A DNA stretch of 64,000 nucleotides from Candidatus Nomurabacteria bacterium. Lineage in GTDB: Bacteria > Patescibacteriota > Minisyncoccia > Phycocordibacterales > UBA918. The DNA lies in the NCBI GenBank assembly GCA_020632135.1, contig JACKGC010000001.1, positions 372,241 to 436,240 of the forward strand, written 5' to 3'. A program made the translations under genes and the position numbers. Shown piece by piece: positions 35,915-44,558 of this stretch (its first letter is position 1; every line of letters begins with the position of its first letter). Under the pieces are notes generated by a model. The model ran no database searches, was not told the DNA's origin, and was given only the letters and a program-made list of their open reading frames with translations.

Positions 35915-36715
35915 TTACGCTGGATGTTTCGTAAACGGTAACTGTACCAAAAACAGTACTATCAAAGTCCCGATGATCAAACTGCTTGGTGGTAGATCTA
36001 CATACAGCGCAGCACAGAGACCGGTCACAACCGACAGCACCGAGACCGCGGTCGTGGTGAGTACTAAAGCCTTGAAGGAAGAGACCCACTGTCGTGCCGT
36101 CAGGACCGGGATCACAAACAAGGCACCGATCAAGAGTCCACCAATGGTTTTGATACCAACCCACACCACGATCGCTAAGATCCAGAAGTAGATCAGGAGG
36201 ACAAGCTGTGGTGTGCGCCGAAACGGAATGAGGAACCGTGGGTGTTGGGTCGCTCCCAAGAGGGGATACCACAAATACCACGCGATCCCGATCACACAAA
36301 CTGTGGCCGACACAATGGCGACGAGGTCGGTGGTAGTCAGGGTCAGGATGCTGCCAAAGAGATAATTCTCAAACGCAAAAGCGGTGTCTTTGGCAACGTG
36401 TACGAGCGCCAGTGCGAGCGCCAATCCGCCGCTTAAGAAGAACATGGCGAGGGAATCCGGGCTGTATGAATCAGAATCTAAGAGCCACCAGATCAGGGTA
36501 CTCACTAAGATGAGAGCGGGAAGTGCGCCCCACCACGGGCTTACCCCCACGAGGAGCGCAGCACCGATACCGGCGAGTGCCACATGTGCAAACATATCAG
36601 AAGCGATGGATTGCTTGCTTTGCACCACGAACGGCCCGAGCACGCCAGCTAAGACGGCCATGCCAATGCCGCCAATGAAGGCATATTGCACAAAGGTGTA
36701 GGTGAGGAGTTCCAT
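35915..36715 (-). CDS. znuB: Metal ABC transporter permease (ABC-3 family, ZnuB-like)
   Basis: Polytopic protein in an operon with znuC and znuA. Confidence 0.8.
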   Translation of the reverse strand: MELLTYTFVQYAFIGGIGMAVLAGVLGPFVVQSKQSIASDMFAHVALAGIGAALLVGVSPWWGALPALILVSTLIWWLLDSDSYSPDSLAMFFLSGGLALALALVHVAKDTAFAFENYLFGSILTLTTTDLVAIVSATVCVIGIAWYLWYPLLGATQHPRFLIPFRRTPQLVLLIYFWILAIVVWVGIKTIGGLLIGALFVIPVLTARQWVSSFKALVLTTTAVSVLSVVTGLCAALYVDLPPSSLIIGTLIVLFLVQLPFTKHPA

Positions 36716-36717
36716 GG

Positions 36718-37404
36718 TTAGCAGTGGTGATGAATTGTGTGCGGCTGTATGCCATCAAACGCTGAGGGGTGGCAGTCAGTGTGGAGAGTTTGGTTAAGGT
36801 AGAGTACGCGATCACTTAGCGGCAGTACACTCTCTACGTCGTGTGAGACGAGCAGCACGGTCATCTGGTGGTCTTGCTGGAGGTGGCGAATCAGTTCATA
36901 GAGCCCATTTCGCGAAGTGTAGTCAACGGCGGCGAGTGGCTCATCGAGAATGAGGACAGTTGGGTCTCCGAGCAGAGCGCGGGCAATAGCAATGCGCTGC
37001 CGCTCGCCGCCTGAGAGGCTGATGTACGGCTGATGTAGCTTGTTTGTTGCAACGCCAACGTGCTCAAGAGCCTTTGGCAGATCAGCTGGCTTTTTGCTAC
37101 CGCTATAGAGCGGGGTGGTGCCAATGGCAATGTACTCGTAGACCGAAAGTGGTAGCTGGTACTGATCGGAGGTGGCGAGTTGGGGGATGTACTGTACGCG
37201 CTCGCCCGGGCGAATCGTAACGGTTCCTTCATAGTGCGGATCAAGACCAAGGATGATCTTCACGAGCGTCGATTTGCCCGCGCCGTTCGGGCCGATCAAG
37301 GAAACGAGCGACTGTTCCTCCACATCGAAGCTCACATCGACCAAAACCCGTCGCGCATCGACGGCTTTGGTAACATTCTTAACGCTAATGACCGGGTTAC
37401 TCAT
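36718..37404 (-). CDS. znuC: Metal ABC transporter ATPase (ZnuC-like)
   Basis: Start at MSNPVISVKNV, with an ATGA overlap onto the znuA stop. GPNGAGKST, LSGGERQR and LILDEP. Confidence 0.9.
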   Translation of the reverse strand: MSNPVISVKNVTKAVDARRVLVDVSFDVEEQSLVSLIGPNGAGKSTLVKIILGLDPHYEGTVTIRPGERVQYIPQLATSDQYQLPLSVYEYIAIGTTPLYSGSKKPADLPKALEHVGVATNKLHQPYISLSGGERQRIAIARALLGDPTVLILDEPLAAVDYTSRNGLYELIRHLQQDHQMTVLLVSHDVESVLPLSDRVLYLNQTLHTDCHPSAFDGIQPHTIHHHC

Positions 37405-38392
37405 TACACTGAAGTGCCGTGGCAAAGGTCTCAAGATTGCTTCGCATAAGCGTGAGGTAATTGTCGCCCGCTGGCACGATATATGCAATGGGGTTAATGC
37501 TGAGTGTTTGTAGGCCGGTCTCGCGAGCGAGGGTGTCGCCGTAGGCAGCAACGCTGTTCTCTTCAAGGAGGATCGCACCAATGCCTTCTGCTGCTTCTTC
37601 CCGCAGCTCTGTCAGTGTGATAACTGAGGGAGTGTCTTGAGTGGAGAGACCCGCGATCGAGTGGACTGCAAATTCGTAACGATCTGCAAGGTAGCTAAAT
37701 GCGTCGTGTGAAGTGATAATCTCATCAAGGGCACAGCTGGCGAGGCGACTGGCGTGCTCGGCATCAAGCGCCGCAAGCTCTGTTTGGAGTGCTGCCGCAT
37801 TGGTTTCATACGCAGCCGCATTTTCTGGATCAAGCGTTACGACTGCTTCGGTCAGGTGTTCTACCATATCACCAAAGAGGATCGGGTCGAGCCAGGTGTG
37901 TGGGTCGTAGGCACCATGGTCGTGTTCATCAGGCTCGTCTTCATGTTCGTGCTCATCATGATGATGTCCGCCTTCATGGAGTTCAATATCGGCAGTCGCG
38001 ATCACGACTGGCACGCCGTCAGCTTCGAGTTGGTCCATGACCGCATCGCCCCACGGCTCGAAATCAGCCCCTTGTAGCACCACCACGTCAGCACGCTGGA
38101 GAGCAAGAATATCCTGAGTAGTTGGTTCAAAGTCATGCGGGTCGGTCCCAGCGCCGATGTTGATCACTGTGCCGAGATCACCTACGATCCGCTCCAGAGC
38201 AAACTGCAGAGGATAGAATGATGTGGCCAAGGTAAATGAACCGTCAGCGCGGACTGGCTCTTTTGCTTCAATGGCGTGTGCTTCAGGGTCGTGAGGCTGG
38301 TCATGATCATGATCAGTATCGTTGGTAGAGAAGAAAAGCCAGCCAGCAGCAACGAGTAGTAAGAGGGCAATTAGTAAAACAGGATTTTTCAT
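37397..38392 (-). CDS. znuA: Metal-binding lipoprotein/SBP (ZnuA-like) with a His/Asp/Glu-rich loop
   Basis: HEGGHHHDEHEHEDEPDEHDHGAYDPHTW. Confidence 0.85.
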   Translation of the reverse strand: MKNPVLLIALLLLVAAGWLFFSTNDTDHDHDQPHDPEAHAIEAKEPVRADGSFTLATSFYPLQFALERIVGDLGTVINIGAGTDPHDFEPTTQDILALQRADVVVLQGADFEPWGDAVMDQLEADGVPVVIATADIELHEGGHHHDEHEHEDEPDEHDHGAYDPHTWLDPILFGDMVEHLTEAVVTLDPENAAAYETNAAALQTELAALDAEHASRLASCALDEIITSHDAFSYLADRYEFAVHSIAGLSTQDTPSVITLTELREEAAEGIGAILLEENSVAAYGDTLARETGLQTLSINPIAYIVPAGDNYLTLMRSNLETFATALQCNE

Positions 38393-38415
38393 GACACTTT
38401 ATTAATGCAAATAAT

Positions 38416-38427
38416 TCGCAATTGCGA
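38416..38427. promoter_or_regulatory. Perfect 12-bp palindrome just downstream of the znuA -10 (candidate Zur operator)
   Basis: TCGCAATTGCGA. The minus strand reads TGcTATACT-cgcaattgcga. Confidence 0.45.
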
Positions 38428-38450
38428 GTATAGCAGACTCATGGTAATGT

Positions 38451-38463
38451 GCAAATGATTTGC
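38451..38463. promoter_or_regulatory. 13-bp palindrome upstream of zur (candidate Fur-family box)
   Basis: GCAAATgATTTGC. Confidence 0.45.
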
Positions 38464-38476
38464 AGACTACAATACT

Positions 38477-38836
38477 ATGAAAACCAGACTCACCAAAAAA
38501 CGCCAAGCTATCCTCCGTGTCTTAGAGGAGAGTAGTGAAGCGCTGTCGGCTGCAGAGGTGCATGCCTTGGTGCCAGAGGTGGACTTGGCTACCGTCTATC
38601 GAAACCTTGAGCACTTCACAAACGAAAAGACCATCAAGAAACTGCAGCTCGGCACCCAGGAGGCACGCTTTGAATTCCAACACGAACCGCATCACCACGC
38701 GGTTTGCACCGAGTGCGAACGAGTGCTGCATTTCACCGCTCCAGATGAAAAGATCAAGAAGCTCCTTCGCCTGGAGGATTTTAAAGTGGATGAATTAGAG
38801 GTGACAGTGCGGGGGATCTGTAATCATCAGAAATAA
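38477..38836 (+). CDS. zur: Fur-family regulator, probably Zur
   Basis: Fur-like N-terminus, HHHAVCTECERVLHF, and divergent orientation from znuACB. Confidence 0.8.
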   Translation: MKTRLTKKRQAILRVLEESSEALSAAEVHALVPEVDLATVYRNLEHFTNEKTIKKLQLGTQEARFEFQHEPHHHAVCTECERVLHFTAPDEKIKKLLRLEDFKVDELEVTVRGICNHQK

Positions 38837-38838
38837 GT

Positions 38839-39030
38839 ATGTGTGCTATTTGCGGACTACCAACTACTCACGCGAATTTTACCCAAGCTTTAGGATGGGC
38901 GGTTTTCTTTTCGTTCGCCCTTATGACTTTTTTAAGTACGTGGCTGATCGTGACCAGTGTGCGGGTACGTGCGTTCTTCCAAAAAATCCGACGATGGGCG
39001 GCGGGAGCTAAGAGATCACCCAGTAAATAA
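38839..39030 (+). CDS. Small CxxC membrane protein coupled to zur
   Basis: MCAICG... followed by one TM helix, with a 2-nt gap after zur. Confidence 0.35.
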   Translation: MCAICGLPTTHANFTQALGWAVFFSFALMTFLSTWLIVTSVRVRAFFQKIRRWAAGAKRSPSK

Positions 39031-39046
39031 ATGGATGTGTGATCTG

Positions 39047-39174
39047 GGGCACGTACTGTCCCTGGGTGCAACCAAATTTTTAAAGAGCTTGCGACTATAA
39101 AAATGGAAGTGCTCTTGTGGTGGAACCGGTTTGAGGAGATGACGATGAAGTGGTGAGGGGAAGGAGAGGGGTGT
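39047..39174 (+). repeat. Junction element R1
   Basis: GGGCACGTACTGTCCCTGGGTGCAACC...TATAAAAATGGAAGTGCTCTTGTGGTGGAACCGGTTTGAGGAGATG... Confidence 0.85.
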
Positions 39175-39435
39175 CTATCCGTATAGCTCACTATGAGAAC
39201 CGACGGCTACAAAGTGAACAACATCATCCTTAATGTATACATACACAGCTCGTACGTCTCCCGTCACATCAATACTAAAGTGGTTGCTCCATTTACCAGA
39301 CAAGCGATGGTTTCTGAGGGAGGGGTCGTATGGGTCATTAACAAATTTCTGCAATACCAACAGGACTTTCTTTTTTATCGGTTTTGGCAGCTTGGTAAAC
39401 TCTTTTTCAAATCGCTTCGACAGTACGTAGTGCAT
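39175..39435 (-). CDS. RelE/YafQ-family type II toxin
   Basis: 86 aa. ...LRNHRLSGKWSNHFSIDVTGDVRAVY...AVGSHSELYG. Paired with an upstream antitoxin. Confidence 0.8.
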   Translation of the reverse strand: MHYVLSKRFEKEFTKLPKPIKKKVLLVLQKFVNDPYDPSLRNHRLSGKWSNHFSIDVTGDVRAVYVYIKDDVVHFVAVGSHSELYG

Positions 39436-39436
39436 A

Positions 39437-39715
39437 CTAAAGCGTTTTTAGATGCTTGAGCATATCATCACCCGTCTTGAATGTGCGAGCCTTACCAGCA
39501 GCATATTCTGCTTGTGCCTCCTCTAAGATCTGCTCTAGATACGGAGTAGGGCGCAACGGATTCGCCGAGAGGGTAATTTCCTTATTACGAACAAATTGCT
39601 TGAGAAAGGCGTTTATTACGGTGCTCAACGGTACACCTAATTCCTCGGAAACCTTTTTAGCCTCTGCTTTCAGCTTTTTGTCAGTTTTAATGTTTAAAAT
39701 GGTGTGCGTATTCAT
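39437..39715 (-). CDS. RelB/DinJ-family antitoxin
   Basis: NIKTDKKLKAEAKKVSEELGVPLSTVINAFLKQFV. Confidence 0.8.
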   Translation of the reverse strand: MNTHTILNIKTDKKLKAEAKKVSEELGVPLSTVINAFLKQFVRNKEITLSANPLRPTPYLEQILEEAQAEYAAGKARTFKTGDDMLKHLKTL

Positions 39716-39750
39716 ATACCAAAGTATATACTTTGGTATTACTTCGTCAA
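39716..39750 (-). promoter_or_regulatory. TA1 promoter (TTGACG-N16/17-TATACT-N7-ATG) overlapped by a perfect 24-bp palindrome at 39716-39739
   Basis: ATACCAAAGTATATACTTTGGTAT. Confidence 0.65.
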
Positions 39751-39760
39751 GTACTCATAT

Positions 39761-39860
39761 AGGCACGTACTGTCCCTCGGTGCAACCTAATTTAACGACT
39801 GGAGGGAGTATAAAAATGGAAGTGCTCCTGTGGCGGAACCAATTAGAAGAGAGGTGCCTC
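39761..39860 (+). repeat. Junction element R2
   Basis: AGGCACGTACTGTCCCTCGGTGCAACC...TATAAAAATGGAAGTGCTCCTGTGGCGGAACC... Confidence 0.85.
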
Positions 39861-39939
39861 GCTTGGTTAAGCGAGGCAGGGGCTTGTTTTAGGTGATCAT
39901 ATTGAAAATGGTTCCGCTGGGTCGGTAGAAAAAACAATT

Positions 39940-40200
39940 CTACCCGTATAGCTCACTATGCGAGCCGGTGGCAACCAAAATCAATACCCCTTCATATGAG
40001 TCATCAAAGATCACTCGTATGTCAGCTGTCACATCGAAACTCCAGAGTCCAGTATATTTTCCTTTGAGGCTATGCGTGTGCAGCAGGGAATGGTTTTTGT
40101 CCTGCAAAAACAAGGTTAGTCGTTCAGCAAATTGTTCTTTGGTTTTTGCGGGCAACTTCTTGTATTGTTTCTCAAACTGCTTCGATTTTGCAATCCGCAT
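39940..40200 (-). CDS. RelE/YafQ-family type II toxin (second copy, diverged)
   Basis: ...HTHSLKGKYTGLWSFDVTADIRVIF...ATGSHSELYG. Confidence 0.8.
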   Translation of the reverse strand: MRIAKSKQFEKQYKKLPAKTKEQFAERLTLFLQDKNHSLLHTHSLKGKYTGLWSFDVTADIRVIFDDSYEGVLILVATGSHSELYG

Positions 40201-40203
40201 AGA

Positions 40204-40470
40204 CTATTTGTTGAGTGACGCAACTAAGTCGTCAACAGAATCAAATTCTTCTAGTCTGCCAGCTTCGTAGTCAGCCCGTGCTTCTTTAACTAAACGTTCA
40301 AGAAATGGAGTCATGCGAGGGGCAGAGGATAGTTCGAGTTCACCGGTGCGAGCAAACTGACTGAGGGTAGCATTTACCACTGCGCTCAATGAAAGTCCGA
40401 GTTCTTTGGCTCGCTTTTGAGCGTTCTTCTTGACGGTATCATCGATTTTTAAATTGACCTGGGTTTTCAT
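40204..40470 (-). CDS. RelB/DinJ-family antitoxin (second copy)
   Basis: NLKIDDTVKKNAQKRAKELGLSLSAVVNATLSQFA. Promoter TTGACG-N17-TATACT-N8-ATG lies upstream. Confidence 0.8.
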   Translation of the reverse strand: MKTQVNLKIDDTVKKNAQKRAKELGLSLSAVVNATLSQFARTGELELSSAPRMTPFLERLVKEARADYEAGRLEEFDSVDDLVASLNK

Positions 40471-40536
40471 GTACCCAAAGTATATATAGATGGTATTCCT
40501 ACGTCAAGTACTCAAAATTAGCAATTGTTCTCTTTA

Positions 40537-40673
40537 GGGCACGTACTGTCCATGGGTGCGACCAGATTATTAAAGGGCTTGCGACTATAAAAATAGAAGT
40601 GCTCTTGTGGCGGAACCAGTTTAAGGTAATGACGGTTGAGTGGCTGGAGGTGGTGAGAGAGGTGTTGAGATAA
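40537..40673 (+). repeat. Junction element R3
   Basis: GGGCACGTACTGTCCATGGGTGCGACCAGATT...TATAAAAATAGAAGTGCTCTTGTGGCGGAACCAGTTTAAGG... Confidence 0.85.
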
Positions 40674-40766
40674 ACTGGTCATGGCAGTCACTTGCGGATG
40701 TTGTTTTTAGTTACTTTGTTTTGAGAAAATTGGTAGTATTGATGGTAATAATGAGCGGATGTTGTT

Positions 40767-42068
40767 ATGCGTGAACGGTTTGGAAACTTCAATAATCCCC
40801 GCACTGAAGGAGTAAGAAAACGAGGTATCGACATAAAGGGTCCGAGTGACATGCTTGAGAGTCATGAAGCATTTGCCCAGTCAGTTGAGTCGTTGACTGA
40901 AGACCTGGCACAAGGTGTCCGTTTTGAGCAGAGTGCTTATCGGCTTACTGAAAGTGGTGATTTTACCAATCGGTATCGAGTAACTTTTTCTTCGGCAGAA
41001 GATATTGAATTTGAGATTAACACAAAAAATATCCCGAGCCATCTCCAACGTCAGCTGATAAATAATGAGTCCGTCGTGTGCTCTATAAACGGCGGTTTTT
41101 TCTTTTTAACTGATGATAAATTAGATAATCCTCCAAAAGAGATTGTTTTAGGTACAATTGTTCGAGATGGTGTGTTGTGTGGAGTACAATCGCATGATCG
41201 TCCTGTGCTTTGGGTTGATACAGACGGAGTTTTGCAGGTGACGGAAGTGATAAGCGAAGGTTATGTCACGATTGGAAATGCGATGTTTTCATGGGTAGGG
41301 AACAATTCTGGTCAGAAAAATGCAGAGGTGAAATTATTTGGCGTTGATAGTTGTGTCATTCAGCATGTGAGTGATTCAGAGACGGGTACTAAACGGGTTT
41401 TAAATGAGGAACTGAGTAAAACCCCAGCGAAAACCGATATCGTGGACATTGTGTGTGAGATAAGGGAAGGGTGTCTGGTGGTTTCTGAGAAGCGAGAAGG
41501 AGGTGGTACTTCTTTCTTGGAAGGGAATTTCCTTTTACAAGGAGACAAAGAAGCACTTCAAAATATCTCAGTAGGGGATATGGTTACTATCAATTACAAC
41601 GATCTTAATGTGAAAGAAATAAGAAATGCTATGACAGTCGGTCCTTCAGTATTTCATTTTGACGCGGAGCGTGATCATCCGATTAATCACGATAGGTCAT
41701 TGGGAGATAAACCATCTTTCTCTGATCGTCGCATGGCTCGTTCGGTTGTTTACAAAACGATAAATGATGCTGTCACATTCGAGGTGTTTGATGGAGCGCC
41801 TAAAACAGCCACATTTCAAGGTGTTACCCCAGAAGAGGTTGCTGATATTCTCAAGCAAAATGAGGTCGGTTTGGAGTGGGCGTATTTTCTTGACCCCGGA
41901 CAGTCTGCTCGATTGGCAGTACGTCACGCGGATGGCTCGGTTGAAGGGTATGGGAACCGTCATTATGTGCGGTGGCCAAGTTCATCTAATCAGCCGTATC
42001 TTTGGGCAGGAGAACACGGTCGAGCAGTACCCTCAGTGGTAAATGCTATACTGAAGCACAAAAAGTAA
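40767..42068 (+). CDS. DUF2233 / phosphodiester glycosidase-like protein, with no signal peptide
   Basis: CSINGGFFFL, MTVGPSVF and AYFLDPGQSARL resemble the NAGPA/DUF2233 motifs (INGGFF ... LDGGGS). Confidence 0.55.
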   Translation: MRERFGNFNNPRTEGVRKRGIDIKGPSDMLESHEAFAQSVESLTEDLAQGVRFEQSAYRLTESGDFTNRYRVTFSSAEDIEFEINTKNIPSHLQRQLINNESVVCSINGGFFFLTDDKLDNPPKEIVLGTIVRDGVLCGVQSHDRPVLWVDTDGVLQVTEVISEGYVTIGNAMFSWVGNNSGQKNAEVKLFGVDSCVIQHVSDSETGTKRVLNEELSKTPAKTDIVDIVCEIREGCLVVSEKREGGGTSFLEGNFLLQGDKEALQNISVGDMVTINYNDLNVKEIRNAMTVGPSVFHFDAERDHPINHDRSLGDKPSFSDRRMARSVVYKTINDAVTFEVFDGAPKTATFQGVTPEEVADILKQNEVGLEWAYFLDPGQSARLAVRHADGSVEGYGNRHYVRWPSSSNQPYLWAGEHGRAVPSVVNAILKHKK

Positions 42069-42070
42069 TT

Positions 42071-42682
42071 ATGTACACAACGAGAAAATCTTTCCCTAAA
42101 GATTTGCCACCAAAAAAAACCTTCTTTTGTATTTTGTGTGGAGCACCGTCAGTTGCTAAGGCGGTACAAGAGAATGGCACAGTCGTTTTTAAGTGTAGTA
42201 TTTGTAATGGTACGAATGAGCGTTTTTTAGCGTGGGATCCTGGTATGGAACAATTTTTCAATCAGGATAACGAGTTGGTGCACGGTAGTGTTGGGGTGAT
42301 CGTGCAGAATCAAAATAAAGAAATACTACTTTTTAAACGGGTGAAGTATCCGTTTTTGTGGACGATTCCAGCTGGACATTTAGATAAGGATGAGGATCCC
42401 AAGCAGGCTGCTACTCGTGAGTTACATGAAGAAACACAAATAAACGCGAGTGAGTTGCGGTCGGTCTTTGCGGGAGAAATTCGTGGCGATAGCTGTGTTG
42501 GTGGTGCTGACATTCACTATTGGCATGCGTATGTGTATCAAGCAAGTGATGATGTTGAGCCGATCATTGAAGCTGAGGAGGGAAGAGAGTGGGGTTGGTT
42601 TGTGCTCAGTGAGTTACCAGAACTAACCATGCCAGTCGGCTATTTACTATCTTTGTCCGAGGTGTGTGTGACTCTGGAATGA
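42071..42682 (+). CDS. Zn-ribbon plus Nudix hydrolase (NudC-like architecture)
   Basis: CILCG...CSICNG followed by the Nudix box GHLDKDEDPKQAATRELHEETQI. Starts 3 nt after the upstream stop. Confidence 0.75.
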   Translation: MYTTRKSFPKDLPPKKTFFCILCGAPSVAKAVQENGTVVFKCSICNGTNERFLAWDPGMEQFFNQDNELVHGSVGVIVQNQNKEILLFKRVKYPFLWTIPAGHLDKDEDPKQAATRELHEETQINASELRSVFAGEIRGDSCVGGADIHYWHAYVYQASDDVEPIIEAEEGREWGWFVLSELPELTMPVGYLLSLSEVCVTLE

Positions 42683-42715
42683 TTTCCTCCATCTAAACGC
42701 AAAAAACAGCATTTA

Positions 42716-42842
42716 GTGGAACCAAAAGTCCTTGTTTCATTATGTTTCCTAGGTATCTAGGACAGTAGGGCACGTACTGTCTCTGGGGTGGAACCAGTTT
42801 GAGGAGATGTGTATTGAGTGGTTGGAAGAGGCGAGGATGGTG
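42716..42842 (+). repeat. Junction element R4; carries the full inverted-repeat core at 42760-42781
   Basis: GTGGAACCAAAAGTCCTTGTTTCATTATGTTTCCTAGGTATCTAGGACAGTAGGGCACGTACTGTCTCTGGGGTGGAACCAGTTTGAGGAGATG... Confidence 0.85.
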
Positions 42843-42882
42843 TTTTGTAAATTAGAATCTTGATATTGTATACTTTAAGCAT

Positions 42883-43302
42883 ATGGAAACATTGCCTTTA
42901 GGTAAGGTTGCTGCTTCAGCGGCAGTTATTAGAAGAAACAAGATTCTTTTATTACAACGTTCTGAAAAATCAAAACTATTTCCTGGATACTGGACCTTTC
43001 CTTCGGGGGGAATAGAGGAATTTGATCCCAATGCTGAATCAGCAGTCTCACGAGAAGTAAAAGAAGAAACAGGACTAGACTTTGTTCCAAAAAAGAAATT
43101 TGGTTTTTATGAGAGTCATGCGGGTGGTAAACGTCATTTTGCATTAGTCCATCTTGGTGTTAGTAAAGGAAAGTTACGACTCCAGGAGTCAGAAGTGATT
43201 ACCGCAAATTGGTTTACATATAAAGAAGCAAAGAAACTGAATCTAGCTTTTGCGTACCCAAATGTGATCAAAGATTTATACAAAAGTAAGCTGATTCAAT
43301 AA
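42883..43302 (+). CDS. Nudix hydrolase
   Basis: GGIEEFDPNAESAVSREVKEETGL. TATACT-N8-ATG lies upstream. Confidence 0.8.
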   Translation: METLPLGKVAASAAVIRRNKILLLQRSEKSKLFPGYWTFPSGGIEEFDPNAESAVSREVKEETGLDFVPKKKFGFYESHAGGKRHFALVHLGVSKGKLRLQESEVITANWFTYKEAKKLNLAFAYPNVIKDLYKSKLIQ

Positions 43303-43343
43303 AATTGCCCCAACGTAGACGTCGGGGCAATGGAGGTTTCGTT

Positions 43344-44477
43344 TTACTGAAGAGCTAGCCATTCGGCAGCGATTCGTTGCCTGATAGTATCTTTCACTTC
43401 ATGGATGACATGATGCTCAAGATTATTTTCAACTAAGCGCTTGCAACCTTCAGCCATTTCAGCAAAAACCAAATCCATGGTTTCGTCTGGACAACTACCA
43501 ACAAGGAAGTTTACCGCTGCTCCGTTTCTTAGGATGTGAACATTTTTTCCTGAAGGCAGTTCATATTCAGTTATCATTTTGCTGATATGACTGACTCTTT
43601 TGGCTCGATTTCTTACACCTGGCATGTCCAGTTCGTTTGCTTTCGAGCCAGCACTGGCCAAAATGATTCCGTCACGCGCATCTTGCATATCGGCGATATT
43701 GATGGCTTGAGTGCCTGTCGCGCTAATGACTATATCGCACGCATTGAGCAGTTCTTCAAGCGAGAGGCAAACGTTGTGTCGGTAGCTCCTTGCTTCAAGT
43801 AGCCTGAGAGGATTTTTGTCGAACACTATGGTGTGTGTGCCATTGGCCCGAGCAGCGGTAGCGACTCTTCTGCCAATCATGCCGTATCCTACGATACCGA
43901 CTTTCTTGCCAAAAGCGCTGATACCCACATCTCTTAACATCGAATCCACGGCGAACCATGCACTTTCGCCGACAAACGTAGCTTCGACGTCTTTGATCTC
44001 GCTCCGAGCAATTGAAATGATAGGCACGTTAATACCTGTCATTGTTTGAAGGTAGCGATTGTGTCCGAAGGTTGTGACTTCAAGTACGCCGATTGGTAGC
44101 TTTGTGCCTCGGGTGCTTAACTCACTGAGTGGTTTGGCAAAGTAGCCCCCTACATCGACTAAAGCCAGGGGAAGAGATGCTTTTTCTAGTTGTCGAGCAA
44201 TAGTTTCGTGGAGAATAGATGTGTTCTCCATGGTGTCGTAGTCAAGCTGCTCAACTCGTACTCCCATTCTTTCGATACTGGCGATCACGTCAGTATTTTT
44301 CGAAAATGGTTTCGCGAAGATGACGGGCACCTCATGTCCTAGTGACAGTAGGTGATGTACGAATTCTTGTGTGTCAGTCAAAGCATGTAGTATCCCCACG
44401 ATGCTCATCGTTGGTGCTTGAGCGAGGATGGACTTGGTGACAACAAGTTTCTCATTTGAAAAGTTGATCATGTTCAT
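43344..44477 (-). CDS. S-adenosylhomocysteine-hydrolase-like NAD-binding domain protein
   Basis: GKKVGIVGYGMIGRRVATAARANG...ISATGTQAINIADMQDARDGIILASAGSKANELD parallels the SAHH NAD domain. The N-terminal half is not recognisable. Confidence 0.5.
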   Translation of the reverse strand: MNMINFSNEKLVVTKSILAQAPTMSIVGILHALTDTQEFVHHLLSLGHEVPVIFAKPFSKNTDVIASIERMGVRVEQLDYDTMENTSILHETIARQLEKASLPLALVDVGGYFAKPLSELSTRGTKLPIGVLEVTTFGHNRYLQTMTGINVPIISIARSEIKDVEATFVGESAWFAVDSMLRDVGISAFGKKVGIVGYGMIGRRVATAARANGTHTIVFDKNPLRLLEARSYRHNVCLSLEELLNACDIVISATGTQAINIADMQDARDGIILASAGSKANELDMPGVRNRAKRVSHISKMITEYELPSGKNVHILRNGAAVNFLVGSCPDETMDLVFAEMAEGCKRLVENNLEHHVIHEVKDTIRQRIAAEWLALQ

Positions 44478-44558
44478 GCTCCTGGTTGTGGAAAGGTCAA
44501 ATCTGGATGTGACAATACAATATATTCTTTAATACGTCTATACTTAAATAAGTTCACA

